Below are positions 8,766-19,389 of a DNA stretch of 64,000 bases, piece by piece. Every line of letters starts with the position of its first letter. Within the stretch, counting starts at the first letter, position 1. The notes below the pieces were generated by a model. That model saw only the letters and a program-made list of their open reading frames with translations, was not told where the DNA came from and searched no databases. The translations under genes were made by a program, and so were the position numbers. This DNA is from Coleofasciculus chthonoplastes F2-STO-03 (GTDB taxonomy: Bacteria; Cyanobacteriota; Cyanobacteriia; Cyanobacteriales; Coleofasciculaceae). Where the stretch lies: NCBI GenBank assembly GCA_040222015.1, contig JAVJWO010000052.1, forward strand, positions 32,001 through 96,000, in the 5' to 3' direction.

Positions 8766-8923
8766 GGTGGGCAATAGCAACAAATGATAATATAAAGATT
8801 TAAGGTTTATAGATATTGCCCACCCTACATAAAATCTAAAGTTAACGCAGAAATCGAGAAAAATTAAGAGTTTTGGAACCCGCGAAGGCGGGTTTTGTTT
8901 GTGTAGCTGCGGTTTCAACCGCC
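8766..8923. repeat. Two dispersed palindromic repeats between convergent genes
   Basis: GGTGGGCAAT-39 nt-ATTGCCCACCCTAC (8766-8828); AACCCGCGAAGGCGGGTT..GCGGTTTCAACCGC (8877-8923). Confidence 0.7.
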
Positions 8924-8933
8924 CTATTAAAAT

Positions 8934-10631
8934 TTATTGTAAAATACACTCTGCCTCTAAAACCATCAATCCCGGCGTTTCCCAAACGGCACAATCAGTT
9001 CTCAACAAATCCAAAACAGGTTGTTTTCCCGCTTCAAGTTTAGCGATGGCTTGATTTGCCGCAGGTTGGTACTGCATCAACCAAGAATCATTCGTAATCG
9101 ATTCGGCTGTTAAGAGTGTAGTCGGTAGCAGCCAAAAATCAATCCCGTATTTTTTGATAAACTCCTGGACAATTGCCAAATCTGGACTATATTGTGCTTC
9201 AATTAAATCCGACATTCGCTGGCGAAATTGGCGATAATAACCCCAATGATAGGGAATTGCATATTCGCGACCCACTAAAATTGACCGTTGAGCAAACGTG
9301 GGTAAATTATTCGCTTCTTCCACTAACGAGGCAATTTTACTGTCCTTGGGTTGCTGTTGAAAAAATTCATATAACGTCGGCACATTGCCACTAATATAAG
9401 CCGTCCAGGGAAAGGTATTCAGAACCAAGTGAGGATATCCCACAAGAGTAATTCCGATTAAACTGGTTAAAGCTAATGCCAAAACTGATCCCAATTTGAC
9501 CGTAGAGACCAAACATGGACGGTCTCTACACGCGAAAACAGCGTCTAGGAGTAGGGTAATAACGATTGCCGCCGCCAGCGCGATCGCAATCCGCAGGCTA
9601 TGCTGAGTATAACGGCTGGGTAGGTGCAGTTTGAACAGCAGAACATGGGCGGCTAAAAATAAAATAGCTGATGCCAATAAGAACTTGCCTAAGACTTCCA
9701 TCTTCCCAGTTACCTGCTTGGCGAGGGGAAAGCGAGAGGGAAAGCATAACACAACAGGTAATAGCAAACCCAAATAACTCAGAGGCGGCGCTAAGGCTGT
9801 ATCAATGCGGATACCACTGCGTCCATTAAACCAGAATGACCAAGCGTCGTTGATAAAAAAGCGGGTTCGCCCTTGAGATAAGAAATCCGGTAAACCTTTG
9901 GCTTGTACAGCCGTGATCACTGGGGCAAATTCTGACAGACTTATCGTGTAGGGTAATAACACCGCCAACGCCACCGCCAAACCCGTGAAACAGAATACAT
10001 AATCGCGGCGACTTTGAGACACAGAGGGGAATTTCAGGTTAAACCGCCACAACTGCAAAATCAGAAACGCCGCGCAGACTAGCACTAATGAGGGATAGAA
10101 TAATCCTAACAGCGCGATCGCACTTCCCATTCCAATCAGTGACTGGCGCATCCCATAATACAAAAACGCCAACAGAATCGGATAAATAAACGCCTTGGGT
10201 GTTCCCGATATCAACCCATCCTGCATCCACAGATTTTGGTTGAGGAGTACAGAGGCGATAAATCCAGTCAAAGGTATCGGTAACAATTGCACCGCCACAC
10301 CAAAACAGTAACCCGTGGTAACTAATCCCAAAACTAGAGGTAAAACTTTACTTAAAACAATCGGATCAATCCCAATCCCTGCCATGAAATGATACAGGGC
10401 GCGATATCCTAACGGTGCAACCGATTGGAAATAATCGGCAATTATATCATTCGGAAATAACGCTGGATCTAAAAATCGCCGCATCCAGAAAACATGCTGT
10501 CGCGCATCATCCTGCACCACGTACTCGCTGCTGAAGGCGGGTTGAAAGGCTAACGTGCCGTAAAGTGTGGCAACGAGAAGGCTTAGAGTCAACCAAAATC
10601 GGATAGTATTGCTTGACTTATAAGTTATCAT
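8934..10631 (-). CDS. Polytopic membrane protein, DDARQH family (putative GT-C glycosyltransferase), paralog 1
   Basis: VQDDARQHVFWMRRFLD, ADYFQSVAPLGY, HLPSRYTQHSLR, EYAIPYH; about 11-13 hydrophobic segments. Start placed at ATG 10631 to avoid overlap with the next gene. Confidence 0.75.
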   Translation of the reverse strand: MITYKSSNTIRFWLTLSLLVATLYGTLAFQPAFSSEYVVQDDARQHVFWMRRFLDPALFPNDIIADYFQSVAPLGYRALYHFMAGIGIDPIVLSKVLPLVLGLVTTGYCFGVAVQLLPIPLTGFIASVLLNQNLWMQDGLISGTPKAFIYPILLAFLYYGMRQSLIGMGSAIALLGLFYPSLVLVCAAFLILQLWRFNLKFPSVSQSRRDYVFCFTGLAVALAVLLPYTISLSEFAPVITAVQAKGLPDFLSQGRTRFFINDAWSFWFNGRSGIRIDTALAPPLSYLGLLLPVVLCFPSRFPLAKQVTGKMEVLGKFLLASAILFLAAHVLLFKLHLPSRYTQHSLRIAIALAAAIVITLLLDAVFACRDRPCLVSTVKLGSVLALALTSLIGITLVGYPHLVLNTFPWTAYISGNVPTLYEFFQQQPKDSKIASLVEEANNLPTFAQRSILVGREYAIPYHWGYYRQFRQRMSDLIEAQYSPDLAIVQEFIKKYGIDFWLLPTTLLTAESITNDSWLMQYQPAANQAIAKLEAGKQPVLDLLRTDCAVWETPGLMVLEAECILQ

Positions 10632-10663
10632 ATCAGCAAGAAATTGCTCAAAACGCATCGTTT

Positions 10664-12388
10664 CTAATTGGGTGGCGTTTTCAAAATACAATCTGCCTGT
10701 AGCACAGTGAACCTTCCTGTCTCATAAACTGAACACTTGTCAATTACCTTTGACAAAGCGGGAGTGATTCCCTGCTTTAGATTTGCTAATGCGTCTTGGG
10801 TTGGCGCAAATTCTTTGAACCAGCGCAGATCAGCAATATACTGGGGCGTAAATGTTCCTTGCTCTAACACCCAGAAATCAATATCATACTTTTGAATAAA
10901 ATTCGATACGTCTGCCAAGTCTTGACTGTATTGAGCTTGAATCAGCTCAAACACTCTTCGGCGGAATGGGCGATAGTAACCTATATGATAGGGAATAGCA
11001 TATTCGCTACCGACTAAGATGGATCGTTGAGAAAAAACAGGTAGATTATTGACTTCTTCGGCTAGAGAAGCAATCAAAATATCTTTAGGCTGCTGCTGAA
11101 AAAACTCATACAAAGGTGATACTGTACCAATTCTGTAACCGGGGTTAGGAAAGTATTTTTGCCAAAACAAACTGGGGTAAAAAACGGTTACAGTGCTGAT
11201 TATCGCTACGATTACTACAGCTAACAACGAACGCTTTTTATTTAAGCCAGCGTAGAGAAGCCCATCTAGTATTAAAGTCAGCGCTAGTGCAGCTGCGAGG
11301 GGAAGTACAATTCTCAAGCTGTGCATTGTATAACGACTGGGAAGATGAAGCTTGAATAGAAGCGCGTGGGCAATAAAAAACATGATCAGGGAACACACCA
11401 GGATTTGAAGCAATAATCTAACTTCACGGTTTACTTGTTTAACTAAGGGGAACTGGCGCGGATATAGCGGTATCATAAACAACAAAAAACTAGCTCCTAA
11501 ACTAGCTGGATTTAATGATAACCGAATGCCACTATTGCGAGCACTGAACCAAAACCGCCAAAATTTATCGTCGTGAAAAAAGCTGGCACGTCCTCCAGCT
11601 TCAAACTCTGGTAATGTCCTGGCTTCAGCTACGGTAATCACCGGACCAAATTCTGAAGAACTGAGGGCATAAGGTAATAACACTAGCAAAGCAACACCAA
11701 TGCCTGTGGCACATAACAGGTAATCGTGGCGATTAGAACTAAGGCGAGGCTGCCAACTCTCCCAATCCCACAACCGCAATACTAATATTCCCACAGCAAT
11801 GAATATAAATGATGGATAAAACAATCCTATTAGAGCCAAGCTTAGATTGACTAAAGCTGATGATTTTTTCAACAAATAGTATAAAAACATAAAAAACAGT
11901 GGATACAAAAAAGCTCTTGGTGTTGCTGAGCCTAGATCGTCTTGCATCCATAAGCTTTGATTGAGCAATAATGAGGCGATAAAACCTGCCATTGGCACAG
12001 GCAATAATTGTAAACAAACACCGAAACAGTAACCTGTGGTAATCAATCCTAATATCACGGGCAGCAATTTACTAAACCAAATTGGATCAATACCCACCCC
12101 TGCCATTAGCTTGTAAACAGTGGTATAGCCTAGAGGGGAAACGGATTGGAAGTAATCGGCAATTAAATCCTGGGGAAACAACTCTGGGTCTAAAAACCGC
12201 CGCATCCAGAAAACATGCTGTCGCGCATCGTCCTGCACAACATACTCACCCCTGAAGACTTGTTGCAGTGCCAAAATACTGTAAAGTGCCGCAAAGGTTA
12301 GGCTAAGGGTAAACCAAAAGATCACCTTAGGACTAGATTTTTTGTCAGTCGAGGCAGAGAGAAACTGCCACAGGTAGTATATCCACAT
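10664..12388 (-). CDS. Polytopic membrane protein, DDARQH family, paralog 2
   Basis: Same motif set as paralog 1. Confidence 0.75.
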   Translation of the reverse strand: MWIYYLWQFLSASTDKKSSPKVIFWFTLSLTFAALYSILALQQVFRGEYVVQDDARQHVFWMRRFLDPELFPQDLIADYFQSVSPLGYTTVYKLMAGVGIDPIWFSKLLPVILGLITTGYCFGVCLQLLPVPMAGFIASLLLNQSLWMQDDLGSATPRAFLYPLFFMFLYYLLKKSSALVNLSLALIGLFYPSFIFIAVGILVLRLWDWESWQPRLSSNRHDYLLCATGIGVALLVLLPYALSSSEFGPVITVAEARTLPEFEAGGRASFFHDDKFWRFWFSARNSGIRLSLNPASLGASFLLFMIPLYPRQFPLVKQVNREVRLLLQILVCSLIMFFIAHALLFKLHLPSRYTMHSLRIVLPLAAALALTLILDGLLYAGLNKKRSLLAVVIVAIISTVTVFYPSLFWQKYFPNPGYRIGTVSPLYEFFQQQPKDILIASLAEEVNNLPVFSQRSILVGSEYAIPYHIGYYRPFRRRVFELIQAQYSQDLADVSNFIQKYDIDFWVLEQGTFTPQYIADLRWFKEFAPTQDALANLKQGITPALSKVIDKCSVYETGRFTVLQADCILKTPPN

Positions 12389-12752
12389 ATTTATTTGGAC
12401 TAGGATTTCTGCTTTCTGCCTTTATAAGCTACAGGGAAGCCAGTGCAGATGCAACATCTGGCATCTAGACGGACAAGAGTTCACGGTTACTGTATTACAA
12501 GTCATATAAATGTATGACATAAAAAAATAAAATTAAGCTTGATTTAAGCATCTAATAAGTTTTCATAGAGTATAATTACATAAAACTGTCTTAAATAAAG
12601 GTAAGCCACGCTAACGCTTCATTGTCGGGTGTCATTTACCGTTACCTTTGCCAGGTGGGTTTCGCGATCGCTCTCTATAGCCAACGTTAGTCCTATTTGC
12701 TCTGCCAAATAGAATACTTCATTTTCGGGTGTCATTTACCAGAGTTGGTGAA

Positions 12753-12863
12753 TAAGCTGTTCGGCATTCAAACCTTAATGTCAACAATGACGAAATCCTT
12801 GTAGTGCGAAGTGCGAGCCAGAAAGCTCGCTACTAATACGAAATTTAAATGCATGACAGCTTA
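12753..12863. mobile_element. MITE-like element
   Basis: Imperfect terminal IR TAAGCTGT..GCATT.AAA / TTTAAATGC..ACAGCTTA. Confidence 0.55.
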
Positions 12864-13022
12864 GGAGGGGCGTTCGCCTACTCCCCAGGAAAACTCATAG
12901 AATCCCATTCGCGCCCAGATTTTTCGGTTCGACGGCTAAATGTCTGAGGCGATGACTCAATTATTACCACATTATCTTGTTTTTGTAAACGCTCTTATCT
13001 GAATTTCCTAGTCCGACAACGT

Positions 13023-16000
13023 ATGACGAATAACACCATCTTAAAAATAGCTAACTACCGCATTCTGTCCCAACTCTACGAAAGTGCCAATACCTTAGTT
13101 TATCGCGGTATTCAGGAAGGGGAACACAAACCCGTGATTCTCAAAGTGCTTAAACAAGACTATCCCACTCCACAAGAGTTAACTCAATATCGACAAGAGT
13201 ATGAAATTACGCACAATCTGGCGATTGATAGCGTAGTTAAGGCGTATAATATTCAACCCTATCAGCGAACCTTAGTGATCATCTTAGAGGATTTTGGCGG
13301 TGAATCCTTAAAGCAGTGGATGAGTCAGCCAACAAAACTCTCCTCACCTCTACCTCTATGGGACTTTCTCAACATTGCCATCAAGATAGCCGAAATTCTC
13401 GCCCAGATTCACGCCGTTGATGTCATTCACAAAGATATTAACCCCAGCAATATTGTCTTCAACCCCGAAACTGGACAACTCAAAATCATTGACTTTGGCA
13501 TCTCCACCCAGCTTACCCGCGAAAATCCGGCACTCAAAAATCCTCATGTCTTAGAAGGAACATTAGCCTATATTTCCCCTGAACAAACGGGGCGGATGAA
13601 TCGTTCTCTCGACTATCGCACCGACTTTTATTCCCTAGGTGTCACCTTATATGAACTGCTAACGGGAAAGCTGCCCTTTGAGACAAAAGATGCCATAGAA
13701 TTAGTCCATTGTCATATTGCCAAAGTCCCGACACCTCCCCATCTTCTGGGTGAGGAAGCTTGTAGAGACGTTCCGGTGGAACATCTGGAGAAGGGTATGC
13801 CGACACCTTCCCCAGAAATTGCCGGGGCGCAGCGCGGAAAAACCATTCCGCCAACCGTTTCCAATATTGTCATGAAACTGATGGCAAAAACGGCTGAAGA
13901 ACGGTATCAAAGTGCTTGGGGACTGGTAGCTGATTTGCAAAACTGTCAGAGACAATTAGCCGAAACGGGAACAATTAAAGACTTTCCGCTGGGTTCTCAA
14001 GATATCTCCGAACACTTCCACATTCCCCAAAAACTTTATGGGCGAGAGGCGGAAGTGAACACCTTACTCGCTGCCTTTGATCGCGTGGCGAATCGAGAGG
14101 ATCAGGACATTCAGAAATCGGCAGATTCTTCCGTCGATGGTTCACTCCCCACGTCTCATCCCCCCATCGAGATGATGCTGGTGGCGGGGTATTCTGGGAT
14201 TGGTAAATCCTGCTTAGTCGCCGAAATTCATAAACCGAATACACGACTACGCGGCTATTTTATCTCCGGCAAATTTGACCAGTTTCAACGAAACGTTCCC
14301 TACTCAGCGATTGTCAACGCCTTTAAGGAATTAGTGCAGCAAATTTTAACTGAAAGCGAAGCCCAACTTAATCAGTGGCGAGGAAAATTATTAGCCGCTT
14401 TGGGAACAAATGGTCAAGTGATTATTGATGTTATTCCGGAAGTGGAACGAATTGTCGGTCAACAGCCTGCGGTGCCAGAATTAGGGTCACAAGAATCCCA
14501 AAATCGGTTTAATATCGTCTTCAAAAAATTTATGCGGGCATTTTGCTCACCCGAACATCCCTTAGTGATGTTTCTCGATGATTTGCAGTGGGTAGATTTG
14601 GCGACGCTGAAGTTGATTCAACTGATTATGACCGATAGTGAGATCCATTATCTATTTTTAATCGGTGCCTATCGGGATAATGAAGTCAACCCTACTCATC
14701 CATTAATGATGACAGTAGATGGATTACAAAAACAAGGCGCGACGGTTAACTGTATTACCTTATCCCCTTTAAAATTAGACCATATTCGCCAAATTATTTG
14801 TGACACCTTAAAATCCTCACCAGAATCTGCCCAGCATTTAGCTGAACTGGTGATGAGCAAAACGGGGGGCAATCCATTTTTCGTGAATCAGTTTTTAAGG
14901 AATCTCTATGCGGAAAAGTTAATCACTTTCAATCTGCAAAATCATCAATGGCAGTGGGATATTAATAAAATCAAGGAGAAAAACATTACCGATAACGTCG
15001 TCGAGTTGATGACAAATCGGTTAAAAAAGCTGCCGGATTCAACCCAGCATGTCTTACAGTTAGCTGCTTGTATCGGTGCTAATTTCAACTTATCCACGCT
15101 GGCAATTGTCTGTGAACAACCAGAGGATGTGATTTTCGCGAACTTAGTCACAGCGGTTCAATCGGAATTAATCGTACCCCTTTCGGAACTCAATCCAGAC
15201 TTGCTGGTTCACGAGTATAAATTCCTGCATGACCGAGTACAACAAGCAGCGTATGCTTTAATTGATGAGTGCCAAAAGAAAGCGGTTCACTTACAAATTG
15301 GTCGCCTACTTTGGCAAAGTACGGATTCGGAAATCTTATTAGATAAAATATTTGCAATCGTTGATCATCTGAATCAAGGAATTAGTGATAATTGGGATTA
15401 CACATCAGGAGAAATTAGTCAAGCTGAACGCCATCAAATCGCCCAGTTGAATTTAATCGCGGGTCAAAAAGCCAAAGGATCAGCCGCTTATGGTGCGGCG
15501 CTAAACTATTTAACTGTGGGACAAGAACTTCTGGGTTTAGACAGTTGGCAATGGGACTATGACTTAACCTTATCCTTGTATGAAGAAGCCGCCCAAGCTG
15601 CCTATTTAGGTGGCAAGTTTACGGTGATGGAGGAATTGACTGAGGTTCTCTTCGCCCATGCCAAAACAGTGCTGGAAAAAGTTAATGTATATGAAGTCAA
15701 GATTCAAGCGATCGCGTCGCAAAATAATCTCAAAGAAGCGATTCATCTTGGACTGCAAGTGCTGAATCTATTGGGAATCAGTTTACCTGAAGAACCCAGT
15801 GCTGCGGATTTGCAAAATGGACTCGAAGAAACGGCAGCGATAGTGGCAGGACATGAGATTGAAGACTTAATTAACTTACCAGAAATGACCGCCGCTGAAC
15901 CCCTAGCCGCTGTGCTAATTCTCTCTAATTTAATTGCTGCTGCTTATATCGCCGCACCTGATCTTTTTGTTCTGATTGCCTCATCCATGGTTCAATTATC

Positions 16001-18701
16001 AGTCAAGTATGGGAACGCGCCATTGTCAGCATTTGGGTATGCCTGTTATGGATGTATTTTATTGGATCGTCAGCAAAATTTTGAGGCGGGATATCAATTT
16101 GGTAAATTAGCGCTTAGTTTAGTGAATCGATTTAATGCTCAGCAAGTCAAATGTAAAGTTTTAGAGGTGCTGGGCGGTCATGATTTGCATTGGAAAGAGC
16201 ATGTTAGTCAAACTGTACCTATCCTGATTGAGGGCTATCACAGTGGTGTAGAAACGGGGGATTTTGAATTTGCCGGGTATTGCGCCTTTTACGTCTGCGA
16301 TCATCTCTATTTTAGTGGGGTTGAACTGACTCAATTGGAACAAGAAATTACCACTTATAATCAGGCGGTGCGGCAAATTCGCCGGGAAAGTCCATTTAAT
16401 TGGACGGCGATTTTTTTACAGGCGGTGCATAATTTACGGGGTCAAGGGGAAAATCCCACCCAGTTAATGGGTAAGGCATATAATGAAGCGACATCATTAC
16501 CCCGGGCGCTGGCGGCGAATGACCGTACAGAACTGCATTTATTCTATTTAAATAAGCTGATTCTCTGTTATCTCTTTGGTGAGGTTGAGCAGGCGGTAGA
16601 AAATGCAGTTTTAGCGGAACAGTATTTAAATGGAGTTACGGCGATGATCGTGATTCCAATCTTCTATTTTTATGATTCTCTTGCCCATCTGGCTATTGTT
16701 TCTGAGGCGACACCAACTGATAAACAGGCGTTGATTAACCGGGTTAATGCTAATCAAGAAAAAATGCAGATCTGGGCAAACCACGGTGCAATGAATCAGC
16801 AGCATAAACTGGATTTAGTCGCCGCCGAAAAAGCGCGAGTTTTGGGTGAAGTGGTGACAGCGATGGAGTTGTATGAACAAGCGATTAACGGGGCGAGGGA
16901 TAATGGTTATATTCAAGAGGAAGCATTAGCCTATAATTTAGCTGCCATGTTTTATCAGCATCGGGGGATGGACAAGTTTGCTGATATGTATATTAAAGAG
17001 GCACATTATACTTACACCCGCTGGGGGGCGACGGCGAAAGTTAGAGATTTAGAAGCCCAATATTCCCAGCTTTTTGCGCCATCATCTCCTGTCAGTTTTC
17101 TCTCAGATAACCGCACGACGGTGAGTAGTGTGTCTCAGAGAAATCAGTCGGCTTCGGCGTTAGATTTTGCCACCCTGATGAAAGCCTCTCAAGCCATTGG
17201 TAGTGAAATTGAACTGAGTAAGTTACTGGCGGCGTTGATGGAAATTTTAATCGAAAATACGGGAGCGCAAACGGGAGTTTTGATTTTAAATCAATCGGGA
17301 GAATGGGTGATTGAGGCGTCGCTGAATGGGGAGACGAATCACGTCACTGTGTTACAATCTCTACCCTTAGAAAATTACCTCCCTCTCTCGATTATTAACT
17401 ATGTTACCCATACAAAAAAAACCGTGGTTACAACCAATGCGGCTAAAATTGGCAAGTTTACCAACGATCCGTATATTCAAGCCCATCAAACCCAATCCGT
17501 TTTGTGTGCGCCGCTACTGAATCAAGGTCAACTCAGTGGTATCGTTTATCTGGAAAATAACCTGGCTACAGACGCCTTTACGCCAGACAGGCTGGAAGTG
17601 TTACAAATCCTATCCGGACAAGCCGCGATCGCGATCGACAATGCCCGACTTTATAACACTCTAGAACAAAATGTTGCCGCCCGCACCCAAGAGTTAAAAA
17701 ATACCCTCGACTCTCTCAAAGCCACCCAAGATGAACTGATTCAATCGGAAAAAATGGCAGCCTTGGGACAATTAATTGCCGGGATTGCCCATGAAATTAA
17801 TACACCCTTGGGGGCGATTCGTTCCTCCGCCGGAAATATTTCTAAGTTTTTAATTCAAATCCTGGAACAATTACCCACCCTGTTTCAATCATTATCTCCA
17901 GAGGAAGGGCAAGATTTTCTGAAAATGTTACAACGTTCACTGCAAAACGAATCGGATTTAACGGCGAAAGAAGAACGCAAACGGCGGCGAGTCTTAGTTC
18001 GCCAATTAGAGGCGGAAGACATTCAGAATGCGGATACCCTAGCCGATACTTTGGTCGATATGGGGATTTATGAAAATATTGAAGAGTTTTTCCCTCTACT
18101 GAAACGCCCCGATAGTTCGCACCTCTTAGAAACAGCGTACAAACTATCGGGATTACAACGGGGAACTCAAACGATAAATACGGCAACTGAACGAGCCTCT
18201 AAAGTAGTGTTTGCCTTAAAAACATACTCCCGTTATGACGAATCGGGGGTAATGATTCCGGCAAATTTAACGGCAGGCATTGAAACCGTGCTAACTTTGT
18301 ATCAGAATCAACTCAAACATGGAATTAATGTCATCCGCAACTATGACGAGTTACCACCGATATTATGTTATGCAGATGAACTGAATCAAGTCTGGACGAA
18401 TCTGATTCACAATGCATTACAGGCAATCGATAATAAAGGAACATTAATCCTTAATGTCAAGCAGCAAGACCAACAGATAAACGTTAGCATTACCGATAGT
18501 GGTAAGGGAATCCCTCCAGAAATTCAAGCGAAGATATTTCAGCCATTTTTTACAACCAAGTCAGCCGGAGAAGGAAGTGGATTAGGACTCGATATTGTGA
18601 AAAAGATCATTGAAAAGCATCAGGGTAAAATTGACGTTGAATCTATTCCAGGTAAAACTACTTTTACTGTTTCATTACCTTTTCGGACGGCGGAAGACTA
18701 G
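13023..18701 (+). CDS. Ser/Thr kinase - AAA ATPase - GAF - histidine kinase multidomain sensor
   Basis: HKDINPSN and DFG; GYSGIGKS and FLDDLQW; GAF (SVLCAPLLNQGQLSGIVYLEN); H-box AHEINTPL; G-boxes DSGKGI and GSGLGL. Confidence 0.92.
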   Translation: MTNNTILKIANYRILSQLYESANTLVYRGIQEGEHKPVILKVLKQDYPTPQELTQYRQEYEITHNLAIDSVVKAYNIQPYQRTLVIILEDFGGESLKQWMSQPTKLSSPLPLWDFLNIAIKIAEILAQIHAVDVIHKDINPSNIVFNPETGQLKIIDFGISTQLTRENPALKNPHVLEGTLAYISPEQTGRMNRSLDYRTDFYSLGVTLYELLTGKLPFETKDAIELVHCHIAKVPTPPHLLGEEACRDVPVEHLEKGMPTPSPEIAGAQRGKTIPPTVSNIVMKLMAKTAEERYQSAWGLVADLQNCQRQLAETGTIKDFPLGSQDISEHFHIPQKLYGREAEVNTLLAAFDRVANREDQDIQKSADSSVDGSLPTSHPPIEMMLVAGYSGIGKSCLVAEIHKPNTRLRGYFISGKFDQFQRNVPYSAIVNAFKELVQQILTESEAQLNQWRGKLLAALGTNGQVIIDVIPEVERIVGQQPAVPELGSQESQNRFNIVFKKFMRAFCSPEHPLVMFLDDLQWVDLATLKLIQLIMTDSEIHYLFLIGAYRDNEVNPTHPLMMTVDGLQKQGATVNCITLSPLKLDHIRQIICDTLKSSPESAQHLAELVMSKTGGNPFFVNQFLRNLYAEKLITFNLQNHQWQWDINKIKEKNITDNVVELMTNRLKKLPDSTQHVLQLAACIGANFNLSTLAIVCEQPEDVIFANLVTAVQSELIVPLSELNPDLLVHEYKFLHDRVQQAAYALIDECQKKAVHLQIGRLLWQSTDSEILLDKIFAIVDHLNQGISDNWDYTSGEISQAERHQIAQLNLIAGQKAKGSAAYGAALNYLTVGQELLGLDSWQWDYDLTLSLYEEAAQAAYLGGKFTVMEELTEVLFAHAKTVLEKVNVYEVKIQAIASQNNLKEAIHLGLQVLNLLGISLPEEPSAADLQNGLEETAAIVAGHEIEDLINLPEMTAAEPLAAVLILSNLIAAAYIAAPDLFVLIASSMVQLSVKYGNAPLSAFGYACYGCILLDRQQNFEAGYQFGKLALSLVNRFNAQQVKCKVLEVLGGHDLHWKEHVSQTVPILIEGYHSGVETGDFEFAGYCAFYVCDHLYFSGVELTQLEQEITTYNQAVRQIRRESPFNWTAIFLQAVHNLRGQGENPTQLMGKAYNEATSLPRALAANDRTELHLFYLNKLILCYLFGEVEQAVENAVLAEQYLNGVTAMIVIPIFYFYDSLAHLAIVSEATPTDKQALINRVNANQEKMQIWANHGAMNQQHKLDLVAAEKARVLGEVVTAMELYEQAINGARDNGYIQEEALAYNLAAMFYQHRGMDKFADMYIKEAHYTYTRWGATAKVRDLEAQYSQLFAPSSPVSFLSDNRTTVSSVSQRNQSASALDFATLMKASQAIGSEIELSKLLAALMEILIENTGAQTGVLILNQSGEWVIEASLNGETNHVTVLQSLPLENYLPLSIINYVTHTKKTVVTTNAAKIGKFTNDPYIQAHQTQSVLCAPLLNQGQLSGIVYLENNLATDAFTPDRLEVLQILSGQAAIAIDNARLYNTLEQNVAARTQELKNTLDSLKATQDELIQSEKMAALGQLIAGIAHEINTPLGAIRSSAGNISKFLIQILEQLPTLFQSLSPEEGQDFLKMLQRSLQNESDLTAKEERKRRRVLVRQLEAEDIQNADTLADTLVDMGIYENIEEFFPLLKRPDSSHLLETAYKLSGLQRGTQTINTATERASKVVFALKTYSRYDESGVMIPANLTAGIETVLTLYQNQLKHGINVIRNYDELPPILCYADELNQVWTNLIHNALQAIDNKGTLILNVKQQDQQINVSITDSGKGIPPEIQAKIFQPFFTTKSAGEGSGLGLDIVKKIIEKHQGKIDVESIPGKTTFTVSLPFRTAED

Positions 18702-18838
18702 AGACGGCAGTTCAAGTAGGTTGGGTTGAGCAACAGCGAAACCCAACTAGCTCTCTGAGTTGAGTTACTAAAAAATGTTAAACGGACTTTATCGGACAAA
18801 TGACGTAGCTTGCTTTTCAAGGGTAGCAAGTATAACGA

Positions 18839-18901
18839 ATGACAAATGACAAATGACAAATGACAAATGACAAATGACAAATGACAAATGACAAATGACA
18901 A
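18839..18901 (+). repeat. STRR (ATGACAA)x9 abutting a start codon
   Basis: Nine perfect heptamers followed directly by the ATG at 18902. Confidence 0.95.
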
Positions 18902-19297
18902 ATGACTAAACCCGTTATTTTGTGTGTTGATGATGAAAAATCTGTTCTTAAAAGTCTCAAGACTCAACTCAAAGAAGCCTTTGGCGATGCTTATACTTAT
19001 GAACTGGCAGAAGCGGCTGATGAAGCGTTAGAATTAATAGATGAACTTGTGGAAGAAAATGTTAGTATTATTCTGATTGTGTCGGATTGGTTAATGCCGG
19101 GAATGAAAGGGGATGAGTTTCTGGTTCAGGTGCATCATAAATTCCCCCATATCATTAAAATTCTGCTGACAGGTCAAGCGGATGAGGAGGCGATTGAACG
19201 CGCAAAACAGGAAGCCAAGCTGCATTACTGCTTATACAAACCCTGGTCAGAAGCAGAATTAGTGGAAGCCATTAAATTAGGATTATCTCAACTATAA
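18902..19297 (+). CDS. Single-domain response regulator (REC)
   Basis: CVDDE, SDWLMP, LLTG, YKPW. Confidence 0.92.
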   Translation: MTKPVILCVDDEKSVLKSLKTQLKEAFGDAYTYELAEAADEALELIDELVEENVSIILIVSDWLMPGMKGDEFLVQVHHKFPHIIKILLTGQADEEAIERAKQEAKLHYCLYKPWSEAELVEAIKLGLSQL

Positions 19298-19389
19298 CGT
19301 ACTAATTGGAAAATTACCCACTCAATCCGATGATTTCAACCCCATCCAAAATCCTTGTGACTTCGGCGTAACCCTACGGGCAATCTACT

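Noticed and set aside
7322..8930. Complete DGR at this locus
   Set aside because: No reverse transcriptase, avd or AAC-rich template repeat is visible. The two candidate VRs differ at non-adenine synonymous sites, so neither templates the other.
18698..18967. ORF with HLSFVIC repeats (also 51539-51742)
   Set aside because: Translation of the STRR heptamer
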